NCBI GenBank assembly: GCA_002269645.1
Contig: NIVC01002502.1
Location: 62,001 to 126,000, forward strand
Source: Macrostomum lignano
Lineage: Eukaryota
Reading direction: 5' to 3'
DNA length: 64,000 nucleotides
Within the stretch, counting starts at the first letter, position 1. Every line of letters begins with the position of its first letter. Below, piece by piece: positions 38,498 to 53,000 of the stretch. The notes beneath the pieces were generated by a model. That model saw only the letters and a program-made list of their open reading frames with translations, made no database searches and was not told where the DNA came from. The translations under genes and the position numbers were made by a program.

Positions 38498-38542
<45 letters not shown>

Positions 38543-38561
38543 TTCTGTCTGTCTGCCTGCG

Positions 38562-38610
<49 letters not shown>

Positions 38611-38825
38611 GCCTGCGTGTCTGTCTGTCTGTCTGTCTGTCTGTCTTTCTGTCTGTCTGCCTGCGTGTCTGTCTGTCTGTCCGCCAGTCTGTCTGTCTGT
38701 CTGTCTGTCCGCCAGTCTGTCTGTCTGTCTGTCTGTCTGTCCGCCAGTCTGTCTGTCTGTCTGTCTGTCTGTCCGCCAGTCTGTCTGTCTGTCTGTCTGT
38801 CCGTGTGTCTGTCTGCCCGTCTGCC
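38340..38825. repeat. Compound (TCTG)/(CCTG)n microsatellite upstream of paralogue B
   Basis: Direct inspection. Confidence 0.95.
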
Positions 38826-39424
38826 TTTCAATCAGAAATATGTTTAGAAAAACCTGAAGCGAATGATAAAAGATTAAAAGCAGAAGCCAATGTGAATTGT
38901 AAATCATGAACAAGTCAGACTGTGGACAAATTTAATCGGGCAGTCAAGGACTCAAGTGAGTAATGGTGCAAGGCATGGAAGTTGCAGGCCTATGTACAGT
39001 AAATGTGCAAGCACATTTGGACAGGCTATTATATAAGACTGGCTTGGTTTAATAGAAAAGAATTCACTCAAGCAATTAACAATTAACAATTATATTGAAT
39101 TTATATATAAGCGTAAAAGATAGGGCATACAGGAAGGGCCATCAGATAAGCACAATATGACGTCACAGCAATAAGTGTATATAAAAAGCTAATGGTTGCA
39201 AAGTGAACTTCATTGTCATGCAAGTATAGATCAGCCTTACCTGCACGTTTAAAGGCATAATGAATTTCTGGCTTAGATATAATAATAGTAGAATATAAAA
39301 CGAATACAAACCTATCGATTACTACGATTTTTATTAGAAATTAACTATACAAAAGTAACGTGATGAAAAATTAATGACAGAATACACAGAAGCTCATTAG
39401 AAACCAGAAAACAGTACCCCACAC

Positions 39425-40015
39425 CCCAATACTTCAGTGAGTCACTGCCCCCCCAATACTTCAGTGAGTCACTGCCCCCCCCCTAATACTTCATTGGGTC
39501 ACTGCCCCCCCCCAATACTTCAGTGAGTCACTGCCCCCCCAATACTTCAGTGAGTCACTGCCCCCAATACTTCAGTGAGTCACTGCCCCCCCAATACTTC
39601 AGTGAGTCACTGCCCCCCCTCAATACTTCAGTGGGTCACTGCCCCCCCAATACTTCAGTGGGTCACTGCCCCCCCCCAATACTTCAGTGGATCACTGCCC
39701 CCCTCAATACTTCGGTGGATCACTGCCCCCCCAATTCTTCAGTGGATCACTGCCCCCCAATACTTCAGTGGATCACTGCTCCCCCCCAATACTTCAGTGG
39801 ATCACTGCCCCCCCCAATACTTCAGTGGGTCACTGCCCCCCAATACTTCAGTGGATCACTGCCCCCCCCCAATACTTCAGTGGATCACTGCCCCACCAAT
39901 ACTTCAGTGGATCACTGCCCCACCAATACTTCAGTGGATCACTGCCCCACCAATGCTGGGTCACTGCCCCCCCCCCTCTAATGCTTCAGTGGGTCACTGC
40001 CCCCCCAATGCCTCA
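39425..40015. repeat. ~26-30-bp AATACTTCAGTG(G/A)(A/G)TCACTGCCCCCC minisatellite
   Basis: Direct inspection; variable C-run; CAGTG..CACTG stem in each unit. Confidence 0.93.
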
Positions 40016-40295
40016 GTGGGTCAGATTAGGTACCTAAGCCAAATTACCACAAAAGTGCAAACTAATGAAAGTGCAAACAGTAGTAAGGCGCAGACACAAT
40101 CATAGTTTCCGGAAATTATGAAAACTGATTTTTAATTAAAACGAGCCAATAAGAAATCGCTGTAAAAATTAAAACTGTATGCAGCAGTAAAAGTACATAC
40201 CTGACAGCATTGGACATAGTGAACAAAGTACATTTTTACAGTATTGAAACGTTTCCCGGGAATACAGAAACTAAAAGGAACTTTCTGTGTAAGCT

Positions 40296-40746
40296 AGTCA
40301 GTAATGGATTGCTAATCTCAGTCAAAAAACTGTAATAGATTGCTAATCTAGCCAAAAACTGTAATGGATTGCTAATCTAGCCAAAAAACTGTAATGGATT
40401 GCTAATCTAGCCAAAAAACTGTAATGGATTGCTAATCTAGCCAAAAAACTGTAATGGATTGCTAATCTAGCCAAAAAACTGTAATGGATTGCTAATCTAG
40501 CCAAAAAACTGTAATGGATTGCTAATCTAGCCAAAAAACTGTAATGGATTGCTAATCTAGCCAAAAAACTGTAATGGATTGCTAATCTAGCCAAAGAAAC
40601 TGTAATGGATTGCTAATCTAGCCAAAAAACTGTAATGGATTGCTAATCTAGCCAAAGAAACTGTAATGGATTGCTAATCTAGCCAAAAATGGTAATGGGT
40701 TGCTAATCTAGCCAAAAAACTGTAATGGATTGCTAATCTAGCCAAA
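40296..40746. repeat. 30-bp (AAAAAACTGTAATGGATTGCTAATCTAGCC)n minisatellite
   Basis: Direct inspection, about 15 units. Confidence 0.96.
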
Positions 40747-41002
40747 ATTTGAACTCTAGCAGAGCAGTATTATTATGAAACATTCACACAAAAAAAACTG
40801 CGCATAGCAACTCGGGTTCGGTTAACTTTCGACTGGTGGCAGAGGGGGCATTGTCAGAGAAAAAGACGCACAGACAATAAAATGCAAAATAATATATTAT
40901 TACATAAATCTACACTTGACCCAGCATGTAAACTGTTAAACTAGGTAAATTTGCAGCACCTTGTAACTAAGGTGTCTCTAATTAGAGACCCATGGATGCA
41001 GC

Positions 41003-44000
41003 TCATCCAAGGATAGATCCAGCCTCTAATCTAGACGCTTCATCAATAATATCTTCGTCATCGTCGTCCTCGGCGCAGCCGTTCAGATCGTCCGGATCCG
41101 CCGGTCGGGCCCAGGCCGGCGCGGTGGCCGCCTCGGCGTGATGGGCGGCGGCGGCGGCAGCCACAGCCGCGGCGCTGGCGCTCTCGGACCGGTCCACGGC
41201 CCAGTCAGGAGCATCCACCGGAGCCCGCCTGCTGCTCACGTATCCGGGATGCCGCCTGACTCTGGCCAGCTCAGCTTTCTCGCGTTCGTCGGATAATTCT
41301 TCGGCAAAGTGGCCGTCTAGGATTGACTTCAGCCTGGCCGATTCCAGCGTCTCCCAGGGCAGCAGTTTCACGTACAGGCAGCCGTCCGGCTCCTCTTCGT
41401 CCGAGCTGACCATGTCGCGCTCGACCAGGGCGGCCATTCGGTCGCCGGTAGCCGGGGAGAGGCGGTTCAGCGCCAGCAGGCTCTGCAGGCTTCGGCGGCG
41501 CTGCGACAGCTTCTGCGGAGAGGGGGGATGGGCGGGACTAACGTGTCAACTGACAAACTGACTGCTGACAAACTGACTGCTGACTGCTGACAAACTGACT
41601 GCTGACAAACTGACTGCTGACAAACTGGCTGCTGACAAACTGACTGCTGATAAACTGGCTGCTGACAAACTGGCTGCTGACAAACTGACTGCTGACTGCT
41701 GACAAACTGACTGCTGCCAAACTGGCTGCTGACAAACTGGCTGCTGACAAACTGGCTGCTGACAAACTGACTGCTGACAAACTGACTGCTGACAAACTGG
41801 CTGCTGACAAACTGACTGCTGATAAACTGGCTGCTGACAAACTGACTGCTGACAAACTGACTGCTGACAAACTGGCTGCTGATAAACTGACTGCTGACAA
41901 ACTGGCTGCTGACAAACTGACTGCTGATAAACTGACTGCTGACAAACTGGCTGCTGACAAACTGGCTGCTGACAAACTGACAAACTGACTGCTGACAAAC
42001 TGACTGCTGACAAACTGGCTGCTGACAAACTGACTGCTGACAAACTGGCTGCTGACAAACTGACTGCTGACAAACTGACTGCTGATAAACTGACAAACTG
42101 ACTACTGACAAACTGGCTGCTGACAAACTGACTGCTGACAAACTGACTGCTGACAAACTGGCTGCTGACAAACTGGCTGCTGACAAACTGACTGCTGACA
42201 AACTGACTGCTGACAAACTGACTGCTGATAAACTGGCTGCTGACAAACTGACTGCTGACAAACTGACTGCTGATAAACTGACTGCTGATAAACTGACAAA
42301 CTGGCTGCTGACAAACTGACTGCTGACAAACTGACTGCTGACAAACTGACTGCTGACAAACTGACTGCTGACAAACTGACTGCTGATAAACTGACTGCTG
42401 ACAAACTGACTGCTGATAAACTGGCTGCTGACAAACTGACTGCTGACAAACTGACTGCTGATAAACTGACAAACTGACTACTGACAAACTGGCTGCTGAC
42501 AAACTGACTGCTGACAAACTGACTGCTGACAAACTGGCTGCTGACAAACTGACTGCTGACAAACTGACTGCTGACAAACTGACTGCTGACAAACTGACTG
42601 CTGACAAACTGACTGCTGATAAACTGACTGCTGACAAACTGACTGCTGACAAACTGACTGCTGACAAACTGACTGCTGACAAACTGACTGCTGACAAACT
42701 GACTGCTGATAAACTGACTGCTGACAAACTGACTGCTGATAAACTGACTGCTGATAAACTGACTGCTGACAAACTGACTGCTGACAAACTGACTGCTGAC
42801 AAACTGACTGCTGATAAACTGACAAACTGACTACTGACAAACTGGCTGCTGACAAACTGACTGCTGACAAACTGACTGCTGACAAACTGACTGCTGACAA
42901 ACTGACTGCTGATAAACTGACTGCTGATAAACTGACTGCTGACAAACTGACTGCTGATAAACTGGCTGCTGATAAACTGACTACTGATAAACTGACTACT
43001 GATAAACTGACTGCTGACAAACTGACTGCTGATAAACTGACTGCTGACAAACTGACTGCTGACAAACTGACTGCTGACCAACTGACTGCTGACAAACTGA
43101 CTGCTGACAAACTGACTGCTGATAAACTGACTGCTGACAAACTGACTGCTGATAAACTGGCTGCTGACAAACTGACTGCTGACAAACTGACTGCTGATAA
43201 ACTGACAAACTGACTACTGACAAACTGGCTGCTGACAAACTGACTGCTGACAAACTGACTGCTGACAAACTGACTGCTGACAAACTGACTGCTGATAAAC
43301 TGACTGCTGATAAACTGACTGCTGACAAACTGACTGCTGATAAACTGGCTGCTGATAAACTGACTACTGATAAACTGACTACTGATAAACTGACTGCTGA
43401 CAAACTGACTGCTGACAAACTGGCTGCTGATAAACTGACTGCTGACAAACTGACTGCTGACTGCTGATAAACTGACTGCTGACTGCTGACAAACTGACTG
43501 CTGACAAACTGACTGCTGATAAACTGACTGCTGACAAACTGGCTGCTGACAAACTGGCTGCTGACAAACTGACAAACTGACTGCTGACAAACTGACTGCT
43601 GACAAACTGGCTGCTGACAAACTGACTGCTGACAAACTGGCTGCTGACAAACTGACTGCTGACAAACTGACTGCTGATAAACTGACAAACTGACTACTGA
43701 CAAACTGGCTGCTGACAAACTGACTGCTGACAAACTGGCTGCTGACAAATTGACTGCTGACAAACTGACTGCTGATAAACTGACAAACTGACTACTGACA
43801 AACTGGCTGCTGACAAACTGACTGCTGACAAACTGACTGCTGACAAACTGACTGCTGATAAACTGACAAACTGACTACTGACAAACTGGCTGCTGACAAA
43901 CTGACTGCTGACAAACTGACTGCTGACAAACTGACTGCTGACAAACTGGCTGCTGACAAACTGACTGCTGACAAACTGGCTGCTGACAAACTGACTGCTG

Positions 44001-47000
44001 ACAAACTGGCTGCTGACAAACTGACTGCTGACAAACTGACTACTGACAAACTGACTCCTGACAAACTGACTGCTGACAAACTGGCTGCTGACAAACTGTC
44101 TGCTGACAAACTGACTGCTGACAAACTGACTGCTGACAAACTGACTGCTGACAAACTGACTGCTGACTGCTGACAAACTGACTGCTGACAAACTGACTGC
44201 TGACAAACTGACTGCTGACAAACTGGCTGCTGACAAACTGACTGCTGACAAACTGACTGCTGACAAACTGACTGCTGACAAACTGACTGCTGACAAACTG
44301 ACTGCTGACTGCTGACAAACTGACTGCTGACAAACTGACTGCTGACAAACTGACTGCTGACAAACTGGCTGCTGACAAACTGACTGCTGACAAACTGACT
44401 GCTGACAAACTGGCTGCTGACAAACTGACTGCTGACAAACTGACTGCTGACAAACTGACTGCTGATAAACTGACTGCTGACTGCTGACAAACTGACTGCT
44501 GATAAACTGGCTGCTGATAAACTGACTGCTGACAAACTGACTGCTGACAAACTGGCTGCTGATAAACTGACTGCTGACAAACTGACTGCTGAAAAACTGA
44601 CTGCTGACAAACTGACTGCTGACAAACTGACTGCTGATAAACTGACTACTGATAAACTGACTACTGATAAACTGACTGCTGACAAACTGACTGCTGACAA
44701 ACTGACTGCTGACAAACTGACTGCTGATAAACTGACTACTGACAAACTGACTGCTGACAAACTGACTGCTGACAAACTGACTACTGACAAACTGACTGCT
44801 GACTGCTGACAAACTGACTGCTGATAAACTGACTGCTGACAAACTGACAAACTGACTGCTGATAAACTGACTACTGACAAACTGGCTGCTGATAAACTGA
44901 CTGCTGACAAACTGACTGCTGACTGCTGACAAACTGACTGCTGACAAACTGACTGCTGACAAACTGGCTGCTGATAAACTGACTACTGACAAACTGACTG
45001 CTGACTGCTGACAAACTGACTGCTGACAAACTGGCTGCTGATAAACTGACTGCTGACAAACTGACTGCTGACAAACTGGCTGCTGATAAACTGACTGCTG
45101 ACAAACTGACTGCTGAAAAACTGACTGCTGACAAACTGACTGCTGACTGCTGACAAACTGACTGCTGATAAACTGACTGCTGACAAACTGACTGCTGATA
45201 AACTGACAAACTGACTGCTGACAAACTGACTGCTGACAAACTGACTGCTGACAAACTGACTGCTGACAAACTGACTACTGACAAACTGACTGCTGACTGC
45301 TGACAAACTGACTGCTGACAAACTGGCTGCTGATAAACTGACTGCTGATAAACTGACTGCTGACAAACTGACTGCTGATAAACTGACTGCTGACAAACTG
45401 ACTGCTGACAAACTGACTGCTGACAAACTGACTGCTGACAAACTGACTGCTGACAAACTGACAAACTGACTGCTGACAAACTGACTGCTGACAAACTGAC
45501 TGCTGACAAACTGACTGCTGACAAACTGGCTGCTGACTGCTGACAAACTGACTGCTGACAAACTGACTGCTGATAAACTGACTGCTGACAAACTGACTGC
45601 TGACAAACTGACAAACTGACTGCTGACAAACTGACTGCTGACAAACTGACTGCTGACAAACTGACTGCTGACAAACTGACTGCTGACAAACTGACTGCTG
45701 ACAAACTGACTGCTGACTGCTGACAAACTGACTGCTGATAAACTGACTGCTGACAAACTGACTGCTGATAAACTGACAAACTGACTGCTGACAAACTGAC
45801 TGCTGACAAACTGACTGCTGACAAAATGACTGCTGATAAACTGACTGCTGACAAACTGACTGCTGACAAACTGACTGCTGACAAACTGACAAACTGACTG
45901 CTGACAAACTGACTGCTGACAAACTGACTGCTGACAAACTGACTGCTGACAAACTGACTGCTGACAAACTGACAAACTGACTGCTGATAAACTGACTGCT
46001 GACAAACTGACTGCTGACAAACTGACTGCTGACAAACTGACTGCTGACAAACTGACTGCTGATAAACTGGCTGCTGACAAACTGACTGCTGACAAACTGA
46101 CTGCTGACTGCTGACAAACTGACTGCTGACAAACTGACTGCTGACAAACTGACTGCTGACAAACTGACTGCTGATAAACTGGCTGCTGATAAACTGACTG
46201 CTGACTGCTGACAAACTGACTGCTGACAAACTGACTGCTGACTGCTGACAAACTGACTGCTGACAAACTGACTGCTGACTGCTGACAAACTGACTGCTGA
46301 CAAACTGACTGCTGACAAACTGACTGCTGACAAACTGACTGCTGACAAACTGACTGCTGACAAACTGACTGCTGATAAACTGACTGCTGACAAACTGACT
46401 GCTGACAAACTGACTGCTGATAAACTGGCTGCTGACAAACTGACTGCTGACAAACTGACTGCTGACAAACTGACTGCTGACAAACTGACTGCTGACAAAC
46501 TGACTGCTGACAAACTGACTGCTGATAAACTGACTGCTGACAAACTGGCTGCTGATAAACTGACTGCTGACAAACTGGCTGCTGACAAACTGACTGCTGA
46601 CAAACTGACTGCTGACAAACTGACTGCTGATAAACTGACTGCTGACAAACTGGCTGCTGACAAACTGACTGCTGACAAACTGGCTGCTGACAAACTGACT
46701 GCTGACAAACTGACTGCTGACAAACTGACTGCTGATAAACTGACTGCTGACAAACTGGCTGCTGACAAACTGACTGCTGACAAACTGACTGCTGACAAAC
46801 TGGCTGCTGACAAACTGACTGCTGACAAACTGACTGCTGACAAACTGACTGCTGACAAACTGACAAACTGACTGCTGATAAACTGACTGCTGATAAACTG
46901 ACTGCTGACTGCTGATAAACTGACTGCTGACAAACTGACTGCTGACAAACTGACTGCTGACAAACTGACAAACTGACTGCTGACTGCTGACAAACTGACT

Positions 47001-50000
47001 GCTGACTGCTGATAAACTGACTGCTGACTGCTGATAAACTGACTGCTGAAAACTGACTGCTGACAAACTGACAAACTGACTGCTGATAAACTGACTGCTG
47101 ACAAACTGACTGCTGACAAACTGACTGCTGACTGCTGATAAACTGACTGCTGACTGCTGACAAACTGACTGCTGACAAACTGACTGCTGACAAACTGACT
47201 GCTGACAAACTGACAAACTGACTGCTGATAAACTGACTGCTGACAAACTGACTGCTGACAAACTGACTGCTGACAAACTGACTGCTGACAAACTGACTGC
47301 TGACAAACTGGCTGCTGACAAACTGACTGCTGACAAACTGACTGCTGACAAACTGACTGCTGACAAACTGACTGCTGACAAACTGACTGCTGACTGCTGA
47401 CAAACTGACTGCTGACAAACTGACTGCTGACAAACTGACTGCTGACAAACTGGCTGCTGACAAACTGACTGCTGACAAACTGACTGCTGACAAACTGGCT
47501 GCTGACAAACTGACTGCTGACAAACTGACTGCTGACAAACTGACTGCTGATAAACTGACTGCTGACTGCTGACAAACTGACTGCTGATAAACTGGCTGCT
47601 GATAAACTGACTGCTGACAAACTGGCTGCTGACAAACTGACTGCTGACAAACTGGCTGCTGACAAACTGACTGCTGACAAACTGACTGCTGACAAACTGA
47701 CTGCTGATAAACTGACTGCTGACAAACTGGCTGCTGACAAACTGACTGCTGACAAACTGACTGCTGACAAACTGGCTGCTGACAAACTGACTGCTGACAA
47801 ACTGACTGCTGACAAACTGACTGCTGACAAACTGACAAACTGACTGCTGATAAACTGACTGCTGATAAACTGACTGCTGACTGCTGATAAACTGACTGCT
47901 GACAAACTGACTGCTGACAAACTGACTGCTGACAAACTGACAAACTGACTGCTGACTGCTGACAAACTGACTGCTGACTGCTGATAAACTGACTGCTGAC
48001 TGCTGATAAACTGACTGCTGACAAACTGACTGCTGACAAACTGACAAACTGACTGCTGATAAACTGACTGCTGACAAACTGACTGCTGACAAACTGACTG
48101 CTGACTGCTGATAAACTGACTGCTGACTGCTGACAAACTGACTGCTGACAAACTGACTGCTGACAAACTGACTGCTGACAAACTGACAAACTGACTGCTG
48201 ATAAACTGACTGCTGACAAACTGACTGCTGACAAACTGACTGCTGACAAACTGACTGCTGACAAACTGGCTGCTGACAAACTGACTGCTGACAAACTGAC
48301 TGCTGACAAACTGACTGCTGACAAACTGACTGCTGACAAACTGACTGCTGACTGCTGACAAACTGACTGCTGACAAACTGACTGCTGACAAACTGACTGC
48401 TGACAAACTGGCTGCTGACAAACTGACTGCTGACAAACTGACTGCTGACAAACTGGCTGCTGACAAACTGACTGCTGACAAACTGACTGCTGACAAACTG
48501 ACTGCTGATAAACTGACTGCTGACTGCTGACAAACTGACTGCTGATAAACTGGCTGCTGATAAACTGACTGCTGACAAACTGACTGCTGACAAACTGGCT
48601 GCTGATAAACTGACTGCTGACAAACTGACTGCTGAAAAACTGACTGCTGACAAACTGACTGCTGACAAACTGACTGCTGATAAACTGACTACTGATAAAC
48701 TGACTACTGATAAACTGACTGCTGACAAACTGACTGCTGACAAACTGACTGCTGACAAACTGACTGCTGATAAACTGACTACTGACAAACTGACTGCTGA
48801 CAAACTGACTGCTGACAAACTGACTACTGACAAACTGACTGCTGACTGCTGACAAACTGACTGCTGATAAACTGACTGCTGACAAACTGACAAACTGACT
48901 GCTGATAAACTGACTACTGACAAACTGGCTGCTGATAAACTGACTGCTGACAAACTGACTGCTGACTGCTGACAAACTGGCTGCTGACAAACTGACTGCT
49001 GACAAACTGGCTGCTGACAAACTGACTACTGACAAACTGACAAACTGACTGCTGATAAACTGACTGCTGACAAACTGGCTGCTGACAAACTGACTGCTGA
49101 CAAACTGACTGCTGACAAACTGGCTGCTGACAAACTGACTGCTGACAAACTGACTGCTGACAAACTGACTGCTGACAAACTGACAAACTGACTGCTGATA
49201 AACTGACTGCTGATAAACTGACTGCTGACTGCTGATAAACTGACTGCTGACAAACTGACTGCTGACAAACTGACTGCTGACAAACTGACAAACTGACTGC
49301 TGACTGCTGACAAACTGACTGCTGACTGCTGATAAACTGACTGCTGACTGCTGATAAACTGACTGCTGACAAACTGACTGCTGACAAACTGACAAACTGA
49401 CTGCTGATAAACTGACTGCTGACAAACTGACTGCTGACAAACTGACTGCTGACTGCTGATAAACTGACTGCTGACTGCTGACAAACTGACTGCTGACAAA
49501 CTGACTGCTGACAAACTGACTGCTGACAAACTGACAAACTGACTGCTGATAAACTGACTGCTGACAAACTGACTGCTGACAAACTGACTGCTGACAAACT
49601 GACTGCTGACAAACTGACTGCTGACAAACTGGCTGCTGACAAACTGACTGCTGACAAACTGACTGCTGACAAACTGACTGCTGACAAACTGACTGCTGAC
49701 AAACTGACTGCTGACTGCTGACAAACTGACTGCTGACAAACTGACTGCTGACAAACTGACTGCTGACAAACTGGCTGCTGACAAACTGACTGCTGACAAA
49801 CTGACTGCTGACAAACTGGCTGCTGACAAACTGACTGCTGACAAACTGACTGCTGACAAACTGACTGCTGATAAACTGACTGCTGACTGCTGACAAACTG
49901 ACTGCTGATAAACTGGCTGCTGATAAACTGACTGCTGACAAACTGGCTGCTGACAAACTGACTGCTGACAAACTGGCTGCTGACAAACTGACTGCTGACA

Positions 50001-53000
50001 AACTGACTGCTGACAAACTGACTGCTGATAAACTGACTGCTGACAAACTGGCTGCTGACAAACTGACTGCTGACAAACTGACTGCTGACAAACTGGCTGC
50101 TGACAAACTGACTGCTGACAAACTGACTGCTGACAAACTGACTGCTGACAAACTGACAAACTGACTGCTGATAAACTGACTGCTGATAAACTGACTGCTG
50201 ACTGCTGATAAACTGACTGCTGACAAACTGACTGCTGACAAACTGACTGCTGACAAACTGACAAACTGACTGCTGACTGCTGACAAACTGACTGCTGACT
50301 GCTGATAAACTGACTGCTGACTGCTGATAAACTGACTGCTGACAAACTGACTGCTGACAAACTGACAAACTGACTGCTGATAAACTGACTGCTGACAAAC
50401 TGACTGCTGACAAACTGACTGCTGACTGCTGATAAACTGACTGCTGACTGCTGACAAACTGACTGCTGACAAACTGACTGCTGACAAACTGACTGCTGAC
50501 AAACTGACAAACTGACTGCTGATAAACTGACTGCTGACAAACTGACTGCTGACAAACTGACTGCTGACAAACTGACTGCTGACAAACTGGCTGCTGACAA
50601 ACTGACTGCTGACAAACTGACTGCTGACAAACTGACTGCTGACAAACTGACTGCTGACAAACTGACTGCTGACTGCTGACAAACTGACTGCTGACAAACT
50701 GACTGCTGACAAACTGACTGCTGACAAACTGGCTGCTGACAAACTGACTGCTGACAAACTGACTGCTGACAAACTGGCTGCTGACAAACTGACTGCTGAC
50801 AAACTGACTGCTGACAAACTGACTGCTGATAAACTGACTGCTGACTGCTGACAAACTGACTGCTGATAAACTGGCTGCTGATAAACTGACTGCTGACAAA
50901 CTGACTGCTGACAAACTGGCTGCTGATAAACTGACTGCTGACAAACTGACTGCTGAAAAACTGACTGCTGACAAACTGACTGCTGACAAACTGACTGCTG
51001 ATAAACTGACTACTGATAAACTGACTACTGATAAACTGACTGCTGACAAACTGACTGCTGACAAACTGACTGCTGACAAACTGACTGCTGATAAACTGAC
51101 TACTGACAAACTGACTGCTGACAAACTGACTGCTGACAAACTGACTACTGACAAACTGACTGCTGACTGCTGACAAACTGACTGCTGATAAACTGACTGC
51201 TGACAAACTGACAAACTGACTGCTGATAAACTGACTACTGACAAACTGGCTGCTGATAAACTGACTGCTGACAAACTGACTGCTGACTGCTGACAAACTG
51301 ACTGCTGACAAACTGACTGCTGACAAACTGGCTGCTGATAAACTGACTACTGACAAACTGACTGCTGACTGCTGACAAACTGACTGCTGACAAACTGGCT
51401 GCTGATAAACTGACTGCTGACAAACTGACTGCTGACAAACTGGCTGCTGATAAACTGACTGCTGACAAACTGACTGCTGAAAAACTGACTGCTGACAAAC
51501 TGACTGCTGACTGCTGACAAACTGACTGCTGATAAACTGACTGCTGACAAACTGACTGCTGATAAACTGACAAACTGACTGCTGACAAACTGACTGCTGA
51601 CAAACTGACTGCTGACAAACTGACTGCTGACAAACTGACTACTGACAAACTGACTGCTGACTGCTGACAAACTGACTGCTGACAAACTGGCTGCTGATAA
51701 ACTGACTGCTGATAAACTGACTGCTGACAAACTGACTGCTGATAAACTGACTGCTGACAAACTGACTGCTGACAAACTGACTGCTGACAAACTGACTGCT
51801 GACAAACTGACTGCTGACAAACTGACAAACTGACTGCTGACAAACTGACTGCTGACAAACTGACTGCTGACAAACTGGCTGCTGACTGCTGACAAACTGA
51901 CTGCTGACAAACTGACTGCTGATAAACTGACTGCTGACAAACTGACTGCTGACAAACTGACAAACTGACTGCTGACAAACTGACTGCTGACAAACTGACT
52001 GCTGACAAACTGGCTGCTGACAAACTGACTGCTGACAAACTGACTGCTGACAAACTGACTGCTGACAAACTGACTGCTGACTGCTGACAAACTGACTGCT
52101 GATAAACTGACTGCTGACAAACTGACTGCTGATAAACTGACAAACTGACTGCTGACAAACTGACTGCTGACAAACTGACTGCTGACAAAATGACTGCTGA
52201 TAAACTGACTGCTGACAAACTGACTGCTGACAAACTGACTGCTGACAAACTGACAAACTGACTGCTGACAAACTGACTGCTGACAAACTGACTGCTGACA
52301 AACTGACTGCTGACAAACTGACTGCTGACAAACTGACAAACTGACTGCTGATAAACTGACTGCTGACAAACTGACTGCTGACAAACTGACTGCTGACAAA
52401 CTGACTGCTGACAAACTGACTGCTGATAAACTGGCTGCTGACAAACTGACTGCTGACAAACTGACTGCTGACTGCTGACAAACTGACTGCTGACAAACTG
52501 ACTGCTGACAAACTGACTGCTGACAAACTGACTGCTGATAAACTGGCTGCTGATAAACTGACTGCTGACTGCTGACAAACTGACTGCTGACAAACTGACT
52601 GCTGACTGCTGACAAACTGACTGCTGACAAACTGACTGCTGACTGCTGACAAACTGACTGCTGACAAACTGACTGCTGACAAACTGACTGCTGACAAACT
52701 GACTGCTGACAAACTGACTGCTGACAAACTGACTGCTGATAAACTGACTGCTGACAAACTGACTGCTGACAAACTGACTGCTGATAAACTGGCTGCTGAC
52801 AAACTGACTGCTGACAAACTGACTGCTGACAAACTGACTGCTGACAAACTGACTGCTGACAAACTGACTGCTGACAAACTGACTGCTGATAAACTGACTG
52901 CTGACAAACTGGCTGCTGATAAACTGACTGCTGACAAACTGGCTGCTGACAAACTGACTGCTGACAAACTGACTGCTGACAAACTGACTGCTGATAAACT